DNA of 62,942 bases, the filler included, from Conidiobolus incongruus B7586 (taxonomy: Eukaryota): NCBI GenBank assembly GCA_000697335.1. It is 30 parts of 30 records of this genome, joined end to end, with 100 filler letters (N's around TTAATTAATTAA, not from the genome) between each part and the next. Parts side by side here need not be neighbours in the genome. Positions count along the whole stretch, not along the records: positions 27,209 to 29,430 come from JNEM01004359.1; positions 29,531 to 30,668 come from JNEM01004360.1; positions 30,769 to 31,951 come from JNEM01004361.1; positions 32,052 to 33,149 come from JNEM01004362.1; positions 33,250 to 40,916 come from JNEM01004366.1; 25 more parts are not named here. One strand, 5' to 3'. The notes beneath the pieces are model-generated. The model was not told where the DNA came from and ran no database searches. It was given only the letters and a program-made list of their open reading frames with translations. This document shows, piece by piece, positions 27,554-41,016 of this stretch (position 1 is its first letter; each line of letters opens with the position of its first letter). A program made the position numbers and the translations under genes.

Positions 27554-29322
27554 AAAATAGAACTATTAAAAACCTATTAGAAATTAATAATAACTTGTAT
27601 TAAAATTATTTATTGCTATTTTAAATTTTATTTATAACTTATAATACTTTAATTTGATATTATACACTATAATATTATTAAAAAAAAGATACCCTTATAA
27701 TATTTTAATAATGATAATAGTTTAATTATTAAATGAATCTAAGATTTTAATTTTTAAAAGCTTATTACCCTCTAAAAAGCTTATATTAAACAACTTTTAA
27801 TTGAGAAAAACATAACTTTAAATAGCTTAAATTTAAAAAATTAGTTACATTACTATAGTGAATATATTAAACTACCTCTTTAGTGTTTTTAAAGACAAAT
27901 TAACCATTTATGGTAGTTTTAAAAACCTTTATAAGCTTAAAAACTACTTTAAAATTATAAAGAATTATCTTAATTTAATTCTTGATGAAGATTTAAATAA
28001 TATCTTTAAATTAGCTGTTTTTTTATAAAAATCTAGTTATATTTAGTAGTTAATTTATTATAAGCTTAATCTTAAAAGGTCTTTAAGGGGATAACCAATT
28101 ATAAAAATATAAACCTTTAAATAATTGGAAAAATCCTTTAAAAAAATATTACTTAAAAGATTAAATTTAATTATAAAGAGAAATACTTTCTTAATCTATA
28201 CAAAAAACTTTTATAAGATAATTAATTAAGATATTTAATAAGATATATTTAAACATATTAATTATCACTAAAAAAGAATAAATCTACAAGCTATTATAAT
28301 ATTTTAACTCTTAAGTAAAACTCTAGTTAATTAATAAGGAATATTTTAATAATATGTTTTTTTCTAATATTTATAATACAACAATTATGATTGATATTAT
28401 TTTTTACTTTAAAATTAAATCTTTTTATCCCAAGAATTAATCTTTTAAAACCTCCTTTAACTTACTTAAATCTCAAATAATAAATGTTTCTGTTTTAAAA
28501 CTTTATGAGAAAACCTTTAGTAAAGAAGTTAAAGCTTACTTAAAAGTAAATAAAAGTTATTATTATTGTTAAAAAACATTGATTAATTATAAAGTTGATA
28601 AGTATTTTCTTAAGAAGCAATATTTATTTAATTCTTAATAATCTTAATTTACCAACTACAAATCAAACTTAAATAATATTAATATTACTTTAAAATCACT
28701 TCTTTCACAATTAATAAATTTTAATTTAATCTATAAAAGTTTTAATAAACTAATGATTCTATAAATTAAACTACAAATAATAGAGATATCTAACTAATTA
28801 AATTACTAGAGATTAAAAATATTCTAATAACTAATTTATCTTGTGATTCTTTACCTTTAACTATCACTCTATTATTTATTGTAACTTAATATTTTATAGG
28901 TATACTTGTTAATATTTTAACTAACTTTAGTTTTTTTAGCTGTATTATTTTTTCTTTGATTATTATAAAACTATCTTTATCTATTTAAAAAAGCAATTTA
29001 ATAATTAAATATACTAATAATTTGATAGAAAATATATTTAATAATATATCTAGATATTTATCACTATTTCTTAATTATTTTTAATATATTAAACTCTTAG
29101 TTAGTAATATTAGTTGAAATTTTATATTAGGTTAAAATTAGTTTAAATATTATAGTTTTTTATCTATGAGTATTATTTTAAAAAGTCACAAATTTATTTT
29201 ATTTATATTTTAAAGAAAATTAATAGAATTAATCTTAAAAGATTTATATTACCTTATTATAAAAATACTAAATATTTTATTTAATCTTAACTTTAAAATT
29301 ATATTAAATAATTTTATTATTA
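27554..29322 (+). mobile_element. Ty3/Gypsy family C gag-protease remnant
   Basis: In-frame VNILTNFS (LIDSG) at 28908-28931 and NFILG*N*F (D.ILG.DW) at 29118-29144; follows the LTR. Gag assignment is positional. Confidence 0.7.
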
Positions 29323-29430
29323 TTAGTATAAAAATTAAAAAATAGGAAATTTTTTAATATCTAATCTTTTAAACATATTATATATTTTGAAAAATTATAT
29401 ATATATTTAATATATATGAAAATAAATATT
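29323..29430 (+). mobile_element. Mariner 5' terminal fragment inserted into Gypsy C
   Basis: TA|TTAGTATAAAAATTAAAAAATAGGAAATTTT matches 50334-50440. Confidence 0.75.
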
Positions 29431-29744
29431 NNNNNNNNNNNNNNNNNNNNNNNNNNNNNNNNNNNNNNNNNNNNTTAATTAATTAANNNNNNNNNNNNNN
29501 NNNNNNNNNNNNNNNNNNNNNNNNNNNNNNTTATTTTGAAATTATATAAGACTTTAATAATTTTAATTGAATATTAATGATTATTATATTTAATTATAAG
29601 TTATATATTCTTTTATTTTATAAATTCAAGATAATTAAAGTTATTATATTTCTTACAAAACTAATTTTTGAAACTTTTATATATAATCTTATATAATATA
29701 TTTAGAGTTAAACTAATCAAATAATATATAATATAGGATTATTA

Positions 29745-30668
29745 TAATATCCTTTATTTCAAAAAACGTCAATTTTTTTGCAATTAAAAATATATCAATA
29801 TTCTGATATAAAATTGATAAAATTAATAATATAATATAAAATTGGTATTATTTTATTATTAATAGTTCTTTTTTATATTTTGAATAAACTTCTAATATTT
29901 ATAAAACACTGTTTTTTATTTAAGATTAAAATTTAATATTTTATAAATAAATTAAATTTTTTTTCAAGATTTTTTTATTTATAAACTGATTTTTTAATTA
30001 TCTAAAGCAAATATACTTATATTGGTTATAATCTATATATAATCTATATATAATATTATATAAAGTTGCTTTTTCTAGTTATTATTAATTAGAAAATTTT
30101 TTATAATTATAAATCAATATATTTTATAATTATCTTAAAAAATATTACTCTTTTTTTATATTATATTGAAAATACCAATTAAAACTAATTTTTTTAGCAA
30201 CTAATTAATTATTATATATAATATTATTATTTAGAATAATAATTAATATTGACTTATTATAAAATTTTTATTTTAAAAGATTTATGGAAAAATGTAATTT
30301 AATTTAATTTAATCTAGTATTTTAATTGATAATTTAATAAAGGATAATATAAAAGGATTTAAAATTGATTAATTAGACTTATTTATTTTAAAAGCTTTAA
30401 TTTATAATAATATTTAAATTGGTTTTATTTAATAATAGCAATTCTGACTTTCTTTTATTTTTAATAAAATTATAAAATACTAATTTTATATTTTAAGAAA
30501 TTAATTTAAGTTTAAACTTTAGTATATATAAAACACTTATAAGACTAATAATAAAATATTATGGTAACTTTTTAGCTAAAATATAAAGTTATTTTTTAAC
30601 ATTTTCAACTCCAAGAATAATTAATAAAATAAAAATTGAGATTAATATTTTAAACTTTAATTAGTTAT
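29745..30668 (-). mobile_element. Mariner transposon, partial
   Basis: Collinear with 56470-57420. Confidence 0.8.
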
Positions 30669-30768
30669 NNNNNNNNNNNNNNNNNNNNNNNNNNNNNNNN
30701 NNNNNNNNNNNNTTAATTAATTAANNNNNNNNNNNNNNNNNNNNNNNNNNNNNNNNNNNNNNNNNNNN

Positions 30769-31951
30769 AGTATTAGATCTTTATTCTATTAAATTATTAA
30801 AATATTTAATTATTAAACTGTTTTTTAAATAGGTAAAGATAGTTTTAAAATAATAAAAGAAAAGATAATATAACTAAAACAACTAAAGTTAATTTAAATA
30901 TTAACAAGTATATCAATAAAATATATGGTTAAAATAAATAATAAGATGATAATTAAAAGTAAAAAATTATAAGATAAATCAGTTACTAGAATATTTTTAA
31001 TTTTTAGTAATTTAATTAGTTAAATCTTTTTAATATATATAATTTAATTTGTGAAATCATTAGTCTATTAAAGTTTTTATGGATTAGATTAAAATTTGTT
31101 AATTAATTATGAAAAAGATAATACTAAAGTTATATTAATATTATTTAAGTTTGATTTATAATTAGTAAATTAAAGTTATTAAAGATTAAATAAGTGTTAC
31201 CTTTTAAAGAAACATTTATCAACTTTATAATTAAGTTAAATTTTTTAACAATAGTAATAACTTTTATTTATTTTTAAATAAACTTCTTTGTTAAAAGTTT
31301 TTTTATAGAGTTTTAAAATAAAAATATTTATCATTTGAGATTTAAGTAGGTTAAAGTAAGTTTTAAAAGATTAATTTTTAAGATAAGAAAATTTAGTTAT
31401 AAAATAAAAGATATCATCAATTATAATTATTATATTATAAATATTTAAAAAAACATATTATTAAAGTATTACCTATTAACTAACTAGAGTTTTACTTGAA
31501 GATTAATATATTATAATAACTTATAGATTTATTTTTCTTTAGTGATATTTAATATATTTAAATATATCTCATTAAATTTCTTAATTAATTACCTTATAGA
31601 AGTTTTTTATTTAAGTTAAAAAAATACTTCTTTTACTAATTAAACTTAATTTTTTAAATAATACTTTTTTCCAAAGGTTTTTTTAATTATTTAAAGATTT
31701 AAATTTTTATATTAAGTTATCCCTTTAAAGATTTTTAAGATTAAATTTATAATAAGTTAATATTAAATAAAAATAGACTTTATTAAAAAATAATTAATTT
31801 AAAGATATTTTTTAAATTTTCATTAAAAATTAAATTAAAATAATTTTTTACATTTTTAAATATAATTTCTAAGTTTGTAAAGATTTTTAAAATCACTATA
31901 AATAGTTAATTTATTTTTAAAAATATTAAAAAAAATTCAATATATTTAATA
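30769..31951 (-). mobile_element. Gypsy family C gag-protease region, second copy
   Basis: Reverse complement of ~27860-29050. Confidence 0.78.
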
Positions 31952-32051
31952 NNNNNNNNNNNNNNNNNNNNNNNNNNNNNNNNNNNNNNNNNNNNTTAAT
32001 TAATTAANNNNNNNNNNNNNNNNNNNNNNNNNNNNNNNNNNNNNNNNNNNN

Positions 32052-33149
32052 TATTAATTGATATATTAAAATTAAAAATATATTTAAGATATGTTATAAA
32101 CTTTAAGTTATAATATTAATAGAAAAACTGATATTTAATATATTTACCTTTTATTTCTCTAACCTATTTAAGTTTATAAGATATAAAGTTAATTAGTTTT
32201 TTATATTAAGTAAAACTAATATTATTCTAAGCTTCTTAAATATATTTTAAAATTTAATTAAAATTTTTTACTAGGGGGAAAACTTTAATTAATTTTTTTA
32301 GTTGATCTTAAAGATATTTAATTTAGTTAAAATTAAATAATTAAGGAGATTATTTTAAGATAATTATTTTGTTATTTTTAAACTATTTAATAATAGAATT
32401 TAAAATAAAACAAAAGGTATTATCTTGTTGGAAAATAATATTTGATTTATTTAACTTATATTATATAATATTTTTTTTCAATATACTATTTAAAATATTT
32501 TAATATATCTCTATATTAATTCCCCCATTAACTTTATAAAAATACCTTACACTTAAAGATAGTATATATTTTTAAATTATAATTAATCTAATATTATATT
32601 TTTAGGTTATAATAATATAATAGTGTTTGAAGTAGTTTTTTATTTTTTTTTGAAATATCTAACTTTTTTATTAGATTTATTAAAATATATTTTGGTTTTA
32701 TTAAACTAAATAACCTTACTTTAATTAATCTTAGTTTAACTTTAGTATTGCCATTTAAATTGTTATTTAACTTTATAATATGACTTTTTAATTAAGGGTG
32801 TTTTTTCTTAAAATACTAATAATATTTATTTTAATATAAAATATATATAATAATATAATTACTAATTAATATCCTTATATAGTCTTGTAATTCTTATTAT
32901 ATTTTTATAATGGTATTATATCTACTTATATAAATTAAACTATAAATATATTTTTCATTATGATTATTTATAATTTTAATATTCTTAAGTTTTAATGTAA
33001 ATGTTTTTTTAACATTGTTTTTAATAACCCTAGTTATAATAGATTAACTCACACTAATAATTCTAATAATCTTATAAGTTAATTTATTTTTATTATAAAG
33101 TAAATTAATATATAAATGAACTTTTTTAAAAAGTGATTTAAATATTTTA
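32052..33149 (-). mobile_element. Tc1 transposon, partial
   Basis: Collinear with 18050-19150. Confidence 0.85.
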
Positions 33150-34571
33150 NNNNNNNNNNNNNNNNNNNNNNNNNNNNNNNNNNNNNNNNNNNNTTAATTA
33201 ATTAANNNNNNNNNNNNNNNNNNNNNNNNNNNNNNNNNNNNNNNNNNNNATTAAATACCAGCTATATTAATTTTTTTATATTTAATTTAATTATAAGCTA
33301 TATATCAAATATATCTATAAACTAAACTATATTTAAATTTAAATAAATAATATATATAATATATTGATATATTTAATATTAAATATTTTTAATAATATTT
33401 CAATAAAGACAAAAAATATTTTTAATATATGGATAACTTAAATAATGATAATAAAAGTTAAATTTTTTGAATTTAAAAATATTGAATAATATCTTTTTAA
33501 TATTAAAATGAAAAATCCATCAATAAATGGTAATCTTTGATAAAATATTAATTTTATAAATTATTTTTAAATTTGAAATGATTTTTAAAGGTTTGTGGTT
33601 GAGTATTAATGATATTAAAATACAAAACATTTGATAATTATTATTTGTTTTATATATAATTAAATTCATAAATAATTTTTTAAATAATAATATTTTATTT
33701 AAAAAAAAATTATCATAAAAGTATATAAAATTTAAAGTAATTAATTTAGTAATATAATTTAAATATAATTTAAATATAATTTGTCTTCTAAAAATAATAG
33801 TATATTTTAAAAATCAGAAATTAAAAAATTCATCATTTTTATGTCCAGAGATATAAAGTTAAAAAGAAAAATTGGTAAATAATTGCATTTTCAATGTGTA
33901 TTTGATAAACTTTTATAACTTAATAATTAATTGAAATAAAATATTCAACTTAGTTGAATATAGGTGATATATTTTATATATTTGAAACCTTAGATATATT
34001 ATTTTACATATTCATATTGATTTTTAGTTCAATATATAAATTCACACTATATAAAGGTTATAGAAATTCGACGACAATATAATACATTGTGTGAAAATCT
34101 TGTGAAATTATGTAATTACGTAACTTCTCAGTATATTAATATAATCATTGGCTGAAATTTAATTGGTATTTTTTAATATATTATATTCAAAAAGAAAATC
34201 TATTAACAAGTTTAAAAATTATTATATAAAATTGAAAAATATAATATATAAATAATAAATATGAGTATAATAAAATTTTTTTGATTTAAACTATAAAATA
34301 TCTATTACATTTAATTAAATTAACAAATATATCAAAAATAGATTCAGGTAATTTGTATTTAATGAAAATATAATATCTAGGAAAAATTACACTTGTATTA
34401 CAAAAATATTAATGAACATCTAATATTTATATTCTATAAAGAATTTATATTGGTCAAAATTTAGTATTTGTTATTAACCAGAATGTTTATAATATTAAAA
34501 AAAAGTTTTGAAAATCGAAAAAATTTATTTGAATGATGGTGTTAAATAAATAAATAAATATTGATGTAAGC

Positions 34572-35810
34572 TTACAAGTTTTCAAGCTTCTTGATTTGAG
34601 CTCCCATAGCGGCGATAGCAGCTGTGAACTCGCGACCTTGGGGAACAATGGCGGAGGGAGGCATGATGAAACCATTAGCACCGGTATCCTTGAGTTCGAC
34701 AGCGTAGGGGTACTTGATCTTGGGAACAGCATAGCCCCAGTCGACAGAGGAACCAGAAGCTTGGTAAATAGTGTTACAGATGGTTCCGTACTTGAATTGG
34801 GGACCTCCAGCCTTGACCATGGCGGCGGTAGCAATACGACCCAATTCGGTGAATTTGGCATTATCGGGAGGAGCGGAACAGGTGTAGCCGTAAGGATGCA
34901 TCCAGAGCTGACCATAAGAGTGAATATCGATGTAAGCAACAGGGCGTTTAGATGTAAGGAAATTAGAGATGGCCTGAGTTTCGGGGGCGCTAAAGGCGGA
35001 AGGACCCTGGTAATCATCGCCACAAGGGTTTCTACCAGCACCTCCCCATTGGTAGTTCCAGTTACGGTTAAGGTCAGTTCCTTGGCAAGATGAGCCTCTG
35101 TTGGGTTGGAGATTCTTTCTCCACATACGGTTTTGACGGGTGTAATCATAACCATCAACGTTGAGAACGGGAATGATGATAACTTCGAAAGTGTCAACCA
35201 ACAATTTGAGATCAGAGTTGCTGCTAGATTGAGTGATCAATTGATCCATCAAGTAGGCGGCAGTGGATATAGTAATCCATTCACGAGCATGGATACCAGC
35301 ATGCATGATAAAGGCCTTTTTGTTGGAACCACCGGGAGTGGTAATCTTGACACCGCGAATGGTCTTACCTTGGTAAGTTTGGCCAACAGTGATGGAGGTA
35401 GCTAAACCATTGGATTTGGCAATCAATCCATCCATAAAGCTGTAAATTTCATTGGTAGTATGGAAAGAGTTGTGGAAAGGATCGGCTAAGGCACTACCAG
35501 AGCGGTTTTCGGCGGGGACTTTTTCAGCATCAATCAAAGCTTGAATGTTTTCTTGAACAACTTTAAAGGGTAAAGAGAGCTTAGATTTGAGCTGAGGAGC
35601 TAATTCGGGAGTGATGCGAGCCTTAACAGTTCCGATCTTAATGCTACCCCAAGTATCGATGTTATTAGCTTCGGAGAAGTTTTTGTAAGTTTGAACATCG
35701 GCTTCATTCTTGATTTCAATATCAACTAATTTGTGGTTGGTGTAGTCAACTGGTCCCAAGTTTTGGGCCAATAATCCTGACAATAAAGCTGAGAGTAACA
35801 AAAATTTCAT
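34572..35810 (-). CDS. Secreted zinc metallocarboxypeptidase, family M14A (CPA-like), with signal peptide and prodomain, 412 aa
   Basis: ATG at 35810 (the ORF-track start at 35834 is TTG); signal peptide MKFLLLSALLSGLLA; HAREW (H69,E72), RMWRKN, DLNRNW, IDIHSY (H196), IYQASGSSVDW, AVELKD (E270). Intronless and much more GC-rich than its surroundings. Confidence 0.96.
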   Translation of the reverse strand: MKFLLLSALLSGLLAQNLGPVDYTNHKLVDIEIKNEADVQTYKNFSEANNIDTWGSIKIGTVKARITPELAPQLKSKLSLPFKVVQENIQALIDAEKVPAENRSGSALADPFHNSFHTTNEIYSFMDGLIAKSNGLATSITVGQTYQGKTIRGVKITTPGGSNKKAFIMHAGIHAREWITISTAAYLMDQLITQSSSNSDLKLLVDTFEVIIIPVLNVDGYDYTRQNRMWRKNLQPNRGSSCQGTDLNRNWNYQWGGAGRNPCGDDYQGPSAFSAPETQAISNFLTSKRPVAYIDIHSYGQLWMHPYGYTCSAPPDNAKFTELGRIATAAMVKAGGPQFKYGTICNTIYQASGSSVDWGYAVPKIKYPYAVELKDTGANGFIMPPSAIVPQGREFTAAIAAMGAQIKKLENL

Positions 35811-35858
35811 CTTTAAATTTCTTTTTGATGACAATTTATGATTTGGATCAGTGTATGC

Positions 35859-35865
35859 TTATATA
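35859..35865 (-). promoter_or_regulatory. Putative TATA box of the carboxypeptidase gene
   Basis: TATATAA on the minus strand ~50 bp upstream of the ATG; weak evidence in so AT-rich a context. Confidence 0.35.
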
Positions 35866-36489
35866 TTGATGTGTTTCTATAATTTTACATATTTATCATT
35901 TAAAATCACACGGGTCAAACTAAAAATGCTTAGACCTAAATTACAAGTCACTAATATTTTAAAAATATACCTGAAATAAATTAATTTATTCATTAAAATA
36001 AATGAATTATGAATTAATCATAAATAATTAAATGCGAAATTGGTTCATTTAATAAGCATCTCATTATCCAGATATTAAATTTTTTATTTAAATCCAACTT
36101 ATTTTCATTTAACTCTATTCATGTGTTTTGATTTTATGTCTTTATTGCTTTCAAATTAAAATTTCAATTTAAGTTTTGTATTAAACTTGAACCGTATTTG
36201 GGGTCTAATTTTAACATTATACTCATTATTACGGTTGACTGATATATAATACATTTTCAAAAAGATTAACCGACAATTATGTATAAAATTAATCTTCAAT
36301 ATGATTAATTAATTGAACTATCCCTATTAATATTAATTATTCTTTGAACTAAATAATTTAATAAAATTTCTAATTAAATAAATGAAAATCTAAATGATCA
36401 AATCATAATAAACATTCATAAAACTCTTGGATCATATGATATTTTAGTTATTTTTGAAAATTTCTGAATTTTTCATTATTATAGTTACA

Positions 36490-37480
36490 AAATGGGAAAG
36501 TTTCTAAGAGGAAAATCCAGTTTTATATATTCACTAAACTGATATTTTGAGTATGCCGTTTAGAGTAAAATAATGATCAATAGATATACAAAATACAGCT
36601 TTCATATGTCTTCATTTTTATCCAAAGCAGTTTTATTTTTTATATTTTTATTAAAAAATGGAGTTAATTTAGAAAAAGATTTCACTTTTACAAACTAAAG
36701 ATTCTGTATTTATTATTGAAAATAAAGCAATATGAAAATTTGTTAATATTATATAAATTTGAATTTAGCCTGATAATAATAAAACGTGCCAGGTCTAACT
36801 TTCAATAATGATACAATGAGTTTTCATGAATTATAACTAAAATAATTATGAAATACTGGGAACCTGGAATATTATATGTTTCTTGATATACAAACTAAAC
36901 TTATTTTTATAAAACCTATATTCAAGAGAATTCAGTAAACTTAAAAATTTTGCAAGTAGTCTATTTTTTGAAAAAATAGACTAATTATGATGTTGTCAGT
37001 TGCTAAATTGAATCTGTATTACAACTTTCAAATATCATTATTGTTTCAATCATACTCTCTATAACTATAATATGGAATAGTTAAATTATTTTATATATTT
37101 AGCTTCTGAAATGAACTTAAAAAATTATAATATGAAATTTAATTATAATTTAATCAATTTTACTCTCAAATTAAATCAATATATTTTAAAAATATTTTTC
37201 TGATACAACAATCTAAAAATATTTACAAATGTAATATTTGTATATTGACCATTAATTTACCAAATTTTAAAAAGAAATATCTTTAATAAAGCCAAATTCA
37301 ATTCAAAAACTACTTTTGGTGAAATTCTAAAATTACCAGAGGTTATCTAACAAACCAATAGATATTTTAATATTGCATATTTTGAATATTCTGTATTAAA
37401 ATCTTTTATATTTAATGGATATATTGGGATTGAAATCTTTCATTTGGTCAAATTTCTTCGATTTGATTGTTGGAAGTAGT
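36490..37480 (+). pseudogene. Possible decayed protein-coding sequence
   Basis: Unique sequence retaining CpA/CpG, with long stop-poor stretches (e.g. TTFGEILKLPEVI*QTNRYFNIAYFEYSVLKSFIFNGYIGIEIFHLVKFLRFDCWK*); family not identified. Confidence 0.25.
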
Positions 37481-37837
37481 ATATAATCAAAATAGTGATA
37501 TTATAGATCCAAATTTATAGTAAATATATTATAAATCATTCTAATATTTCATATAAACTTAATTAATTGTGTCGATTGGATAATTGGTATATAATTTAAT
37601 ATGACCATGTTAATGTTAGTTCGAAAAAGAAAAAAAATATAAAACCGAATGTATATGTTGTATATAAATATATTCTATTTATATAAGTTTAATTGAATTA
37701 TTGATATAAAATTAAAATATTTTAATAAGAGGGTCAATATGATCACTCAATAATAAAATAAATCTATCTGATTCACTTAATTATATACAATTATACTACG
37801 AAAATAAATCAATACACATATTTTATTTTTAAACAGT

Positions 37838-38791
37838 TTAAATATTTCTAAATATTGTCAAAATAAATTTTCTACATTTAGCTTGCCATCTAATTAATAT
37901 CATAATACACTCATTATTAACTTCAGGCTGAAACAAGATAGTAATAATGGGATTAACCGCAACACTAAAATTAACGGATAGAATTACAATTGCATCAATA
38001 ATAGGTGATCGTTTATAGCTAATAGCAAACCGCAATATCAAAGTGATGTATGATATCATAAAGCTCACATTGTATAGGGTAAATACGAGTAACAATTGAA
38101 TAATTAATCTAATTTTTTGAGTTTTAACAATATTTAACAAATGGCTGTCGCCATTGTCATAAGCTTCCTGTCTCATAACATTCAGCTGATTATTTGCTCT
38201 CCATCCAATAGCAAAATAGCAATAGGTAGCTACCCAGCAGGGAATTAATGTTGTAAAAGGAATGATAATTGTCATGATATATGCTACCTTCCCAGGGACT
38301 GTAAAAGCCTGACAAAATAAATACGATGAACTGGGTGCAGCGTCCATAAGTATAGCTCCGTAAATATAAATTCCTGTTGCTGGTGCAATACTTATTAATA
38401 TCAGAATGATCCAAAATTTCAAGCTCTTTTCGACTTTATGGCATACTATTAAATATCTCAGTATTGATAGTACTGCTACATGGACAATATCGACCTTCGA
38501 AGTCCACTGAAGTAAGAATGAAACTATACGGCATGGTAAATTACCAGATTCGAACAAATTGTAACCAACTACTAATTTCGCAATACCAACTAAAAAAAAT
38601 TCCAACCCGGAAATAAATTCAACAGCACAAAATATTACTATTAGTCTAATTTCTGAGGATTTTTTATTACATTTCCTTATACAAATATAAAATAAGAATG
38701 AACTAGTCACTATATTGAATATACCATAAATGACATTAATTGGGTTGCCAATATAATTGATTAGGGTTAAGATTTCTTCGTTTGATTTCAT
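37838..38791 (-). CDS. Class A (rhodopsin-like) 7TM G-protein-coupled receptor, 317 aa
   Basis: ATG at 38791 (the ORF-track start is TTG); seven hydrophobic segments; TM3 Cys (PCRI) and SILRYLIVCH (DRY-like), ECL2 Cys (LFCQ), TM5 CY, TM7 NPIIT. Confidence 0.88.
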   Translation of the reverse strand: MKSNEEILTLINYIGNPINVIYGIFNIVTSSFLFYICIRKCNKKSSEIRLIVIFCAVEFISGLEFFLVGIAKLVVGYNLFESGNLPCRIVSFLLQWTSKVDIVHVAVLSILRYLIVCHKVEKSLKFWIILILISIAPATGIYIYGAILMDAAPSSSYLFCQAFTVPGKVAYIMTIIIPFTTLIPCWVATYCYFAIGWRANNQLNVMRQEAYDNGDSHLLNIVKTQKIRLIIQLLLVFTLYNVSFMISYITLILRFAISYKRSPIIDAIVILSVNFSVAVNPIITILFQPEVNNECIMILIRWQAKCRKFILTIFRNI

Positions 38792-41016
38792 TATATACAA
38801 ATAAAGAGAATATTTTGAGTTGATTTGGATAACATCATTTTATACTACTAACCGGTATTAATTTGAAACTAACACTTATCCTAATTACTAATTTGTTCTA
38901 AAAATTTCGAAATGTAAAAAATCACTTTGAAATATAAAAAATTTTAGGGATAAACCTAAATTAGGAACAAATCAATTACCCCAAAATATTAATTTTAAAA
39001 AAATTGGATGTCTGTAGTGTACTCTTTATATAATATCATTTTTGCATCATGTGTAAAAAAATCTCAGATTGTGTGTATTTGATTGGATAATATAAATCAA
39101 AATAAAAAGATTTTATTGTTTAAAATATATTTGATGCAATTATATTTTTGAATCTTAATAGGAATAATTTTGATAATTTAAAATATTGTTAAGTATTATA
39201 ATAAAAGTCAATTTTATACCATTAAAACAATATGAAAAGTTAAATAATATAATTTTAAAACACCAATTTATTAAGTAATTCAATATAATTTAATTTATTA
39301 AATAATAGAGGATTTAATATAATATATAATCTTAATCTTGATTTATATTTAAATATAATTTTATATTTGCCTTGAAAAATATTCGAATTAGCATCAATCC
39401 TTTTCAACTCTCAGAAATAACAAGATAGCTATTTTAAAATAAATTTCATTCTTCAATTAATACTATGTTTCAAAAATCATAGTAATAATATTTCAAAGAA
39501 ATGGTGTATTTTCAACATTTATAACTCAGAATATATATTCATCTAATAAAAAAGTCATAAGTATATTTGGATGTTAGTCTAAGTACCAAAAAACCATCTA
39601 TATTAAGTTCAAGTTCAAATATCTTGTCCTATTTTGGAATATTTGAAAATTTTAGCAATTATAAATATTTTAATATTATTTTTGATTCCCTAATATAGAA
39701 TAAGCCATGTTTCATATTTAAAATCCATGAATAGAAATTTGATTCACTATAATCGAACATTCTTATTATTAAAATATAAATGTTAAAGATTATTAAAAAT
39801 ATATTTCAAAAATTGGATTCATTAATTATAATTATAGACATAGTAATTATTTAAATCATATTTATTTATTCATTCTGATCTATGGCAATAATATTGTAAA
39901 TAAAATTCAAATATTTTACTGGACAAAAAAATTATAATACAGTTTAAAATATATAAAAAATAACTATATAATATCAATTAAATCTAATATAATGAGTATT
40001 ATTTTGGATCCCTTTATACTATTTTATATATTTGAAAATATATATTTTATAATCTGTTATATATAAATTGATTAATCCTTTATCATTTAATTTTAATTCT
40101 TTTAATATAATATATATTTTTCTTGAAAAAATTTCCATTTTAAAGATCTAATCAAAAACAATTATTAAATTTAATCAAATTCATAAAAATATTACATTTC
40201 AATATTAACCATTCATCTCAATTTAATAATTGAGCCAATATTCTTCCTAATTCAGTCTAGCTTTGTCAATCCATAATTAAAGGATATTCTTCTTTATTTG
40301 TTTTCTTTGTTAGACTTTAACCGAATCCTATATCTTTCACTTAATCAGCTATCTAAACTCAAAAGTGATAAAAAAAGAAGAAAGAGCTTTTTTTTGGATA
40401 TTTTACTATGATATCTCAAGTATAAGTAGGCTTTAAGATATATAGTTCCAATATATTATAAGGCAAAATCTATAAATAATTTATTAAAGTATATTATAAA
40501 TACTTTTTTAAAACTATTCTCTATTGACAAAACTTATTATAAAATATAAAAAATTATTTATATCAAATTAAATTAAAAGTGATTTCAGTTTTTATTTATA
40601 TTTTTAATATAAAATAAAAACAATTATTATAATATTATCTTAAAATTAAAAAAAAATTTTTAAATTTTCAAGTTTTTAAATTTATTATTAGTTTGAAATA
40701 TATATATATATCTAATAAATATAATAAATAGATATAAAACTTTTTAATTAATAATTCCATAGGTTTCAGAATAATAAAAATTGATATTGGGATTAATATT
40801 TTTAATAGTCATTTGTTCAAATAAAAGCTATCAAATTTAGTTATAAATAGATTATAAATAAGGATAAAACTAAGAATGATGTAATTTTCATTATTTTAAA
40901 AAATATATATTTAAATNNNNNNNNNNNNNNNNNNNNNNNNNNNNNNNNNNNNNNNNNNNNTTAATTAATTAANNNNNNNNNNNNNNNNNNNNNNNNNNNN
41001 NNNNNNNNNNNNNNNN

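Noticed and set aside
28070..28200. LINE reverse transcriptase (RPI-like motif)
   Set aside because: The region lies between an LTR and a retropepsin motif, so it is better explained as Gypsy gag.
34487..35197. 236-aa alternative-frame ORF on the minus strand
   Set aside because: Shadow of the codon-biased carboxypeptidase; Leu/Pro/Thr-rich with no motifs.
34596..35405. Two plus-strand ORFs (165 aa and 99 aa)
   Set aside because: Antisense shadows of the carboxypeptidase caused by its codon bias.
38190..38414. 74-aa ORF inside the GPCR
   Set aside because: Short out-of-frame ORF with no support.
37838..38791. Light-sensing opsin
   Set aside because: No lysine at the retinal-binding position in TM7.
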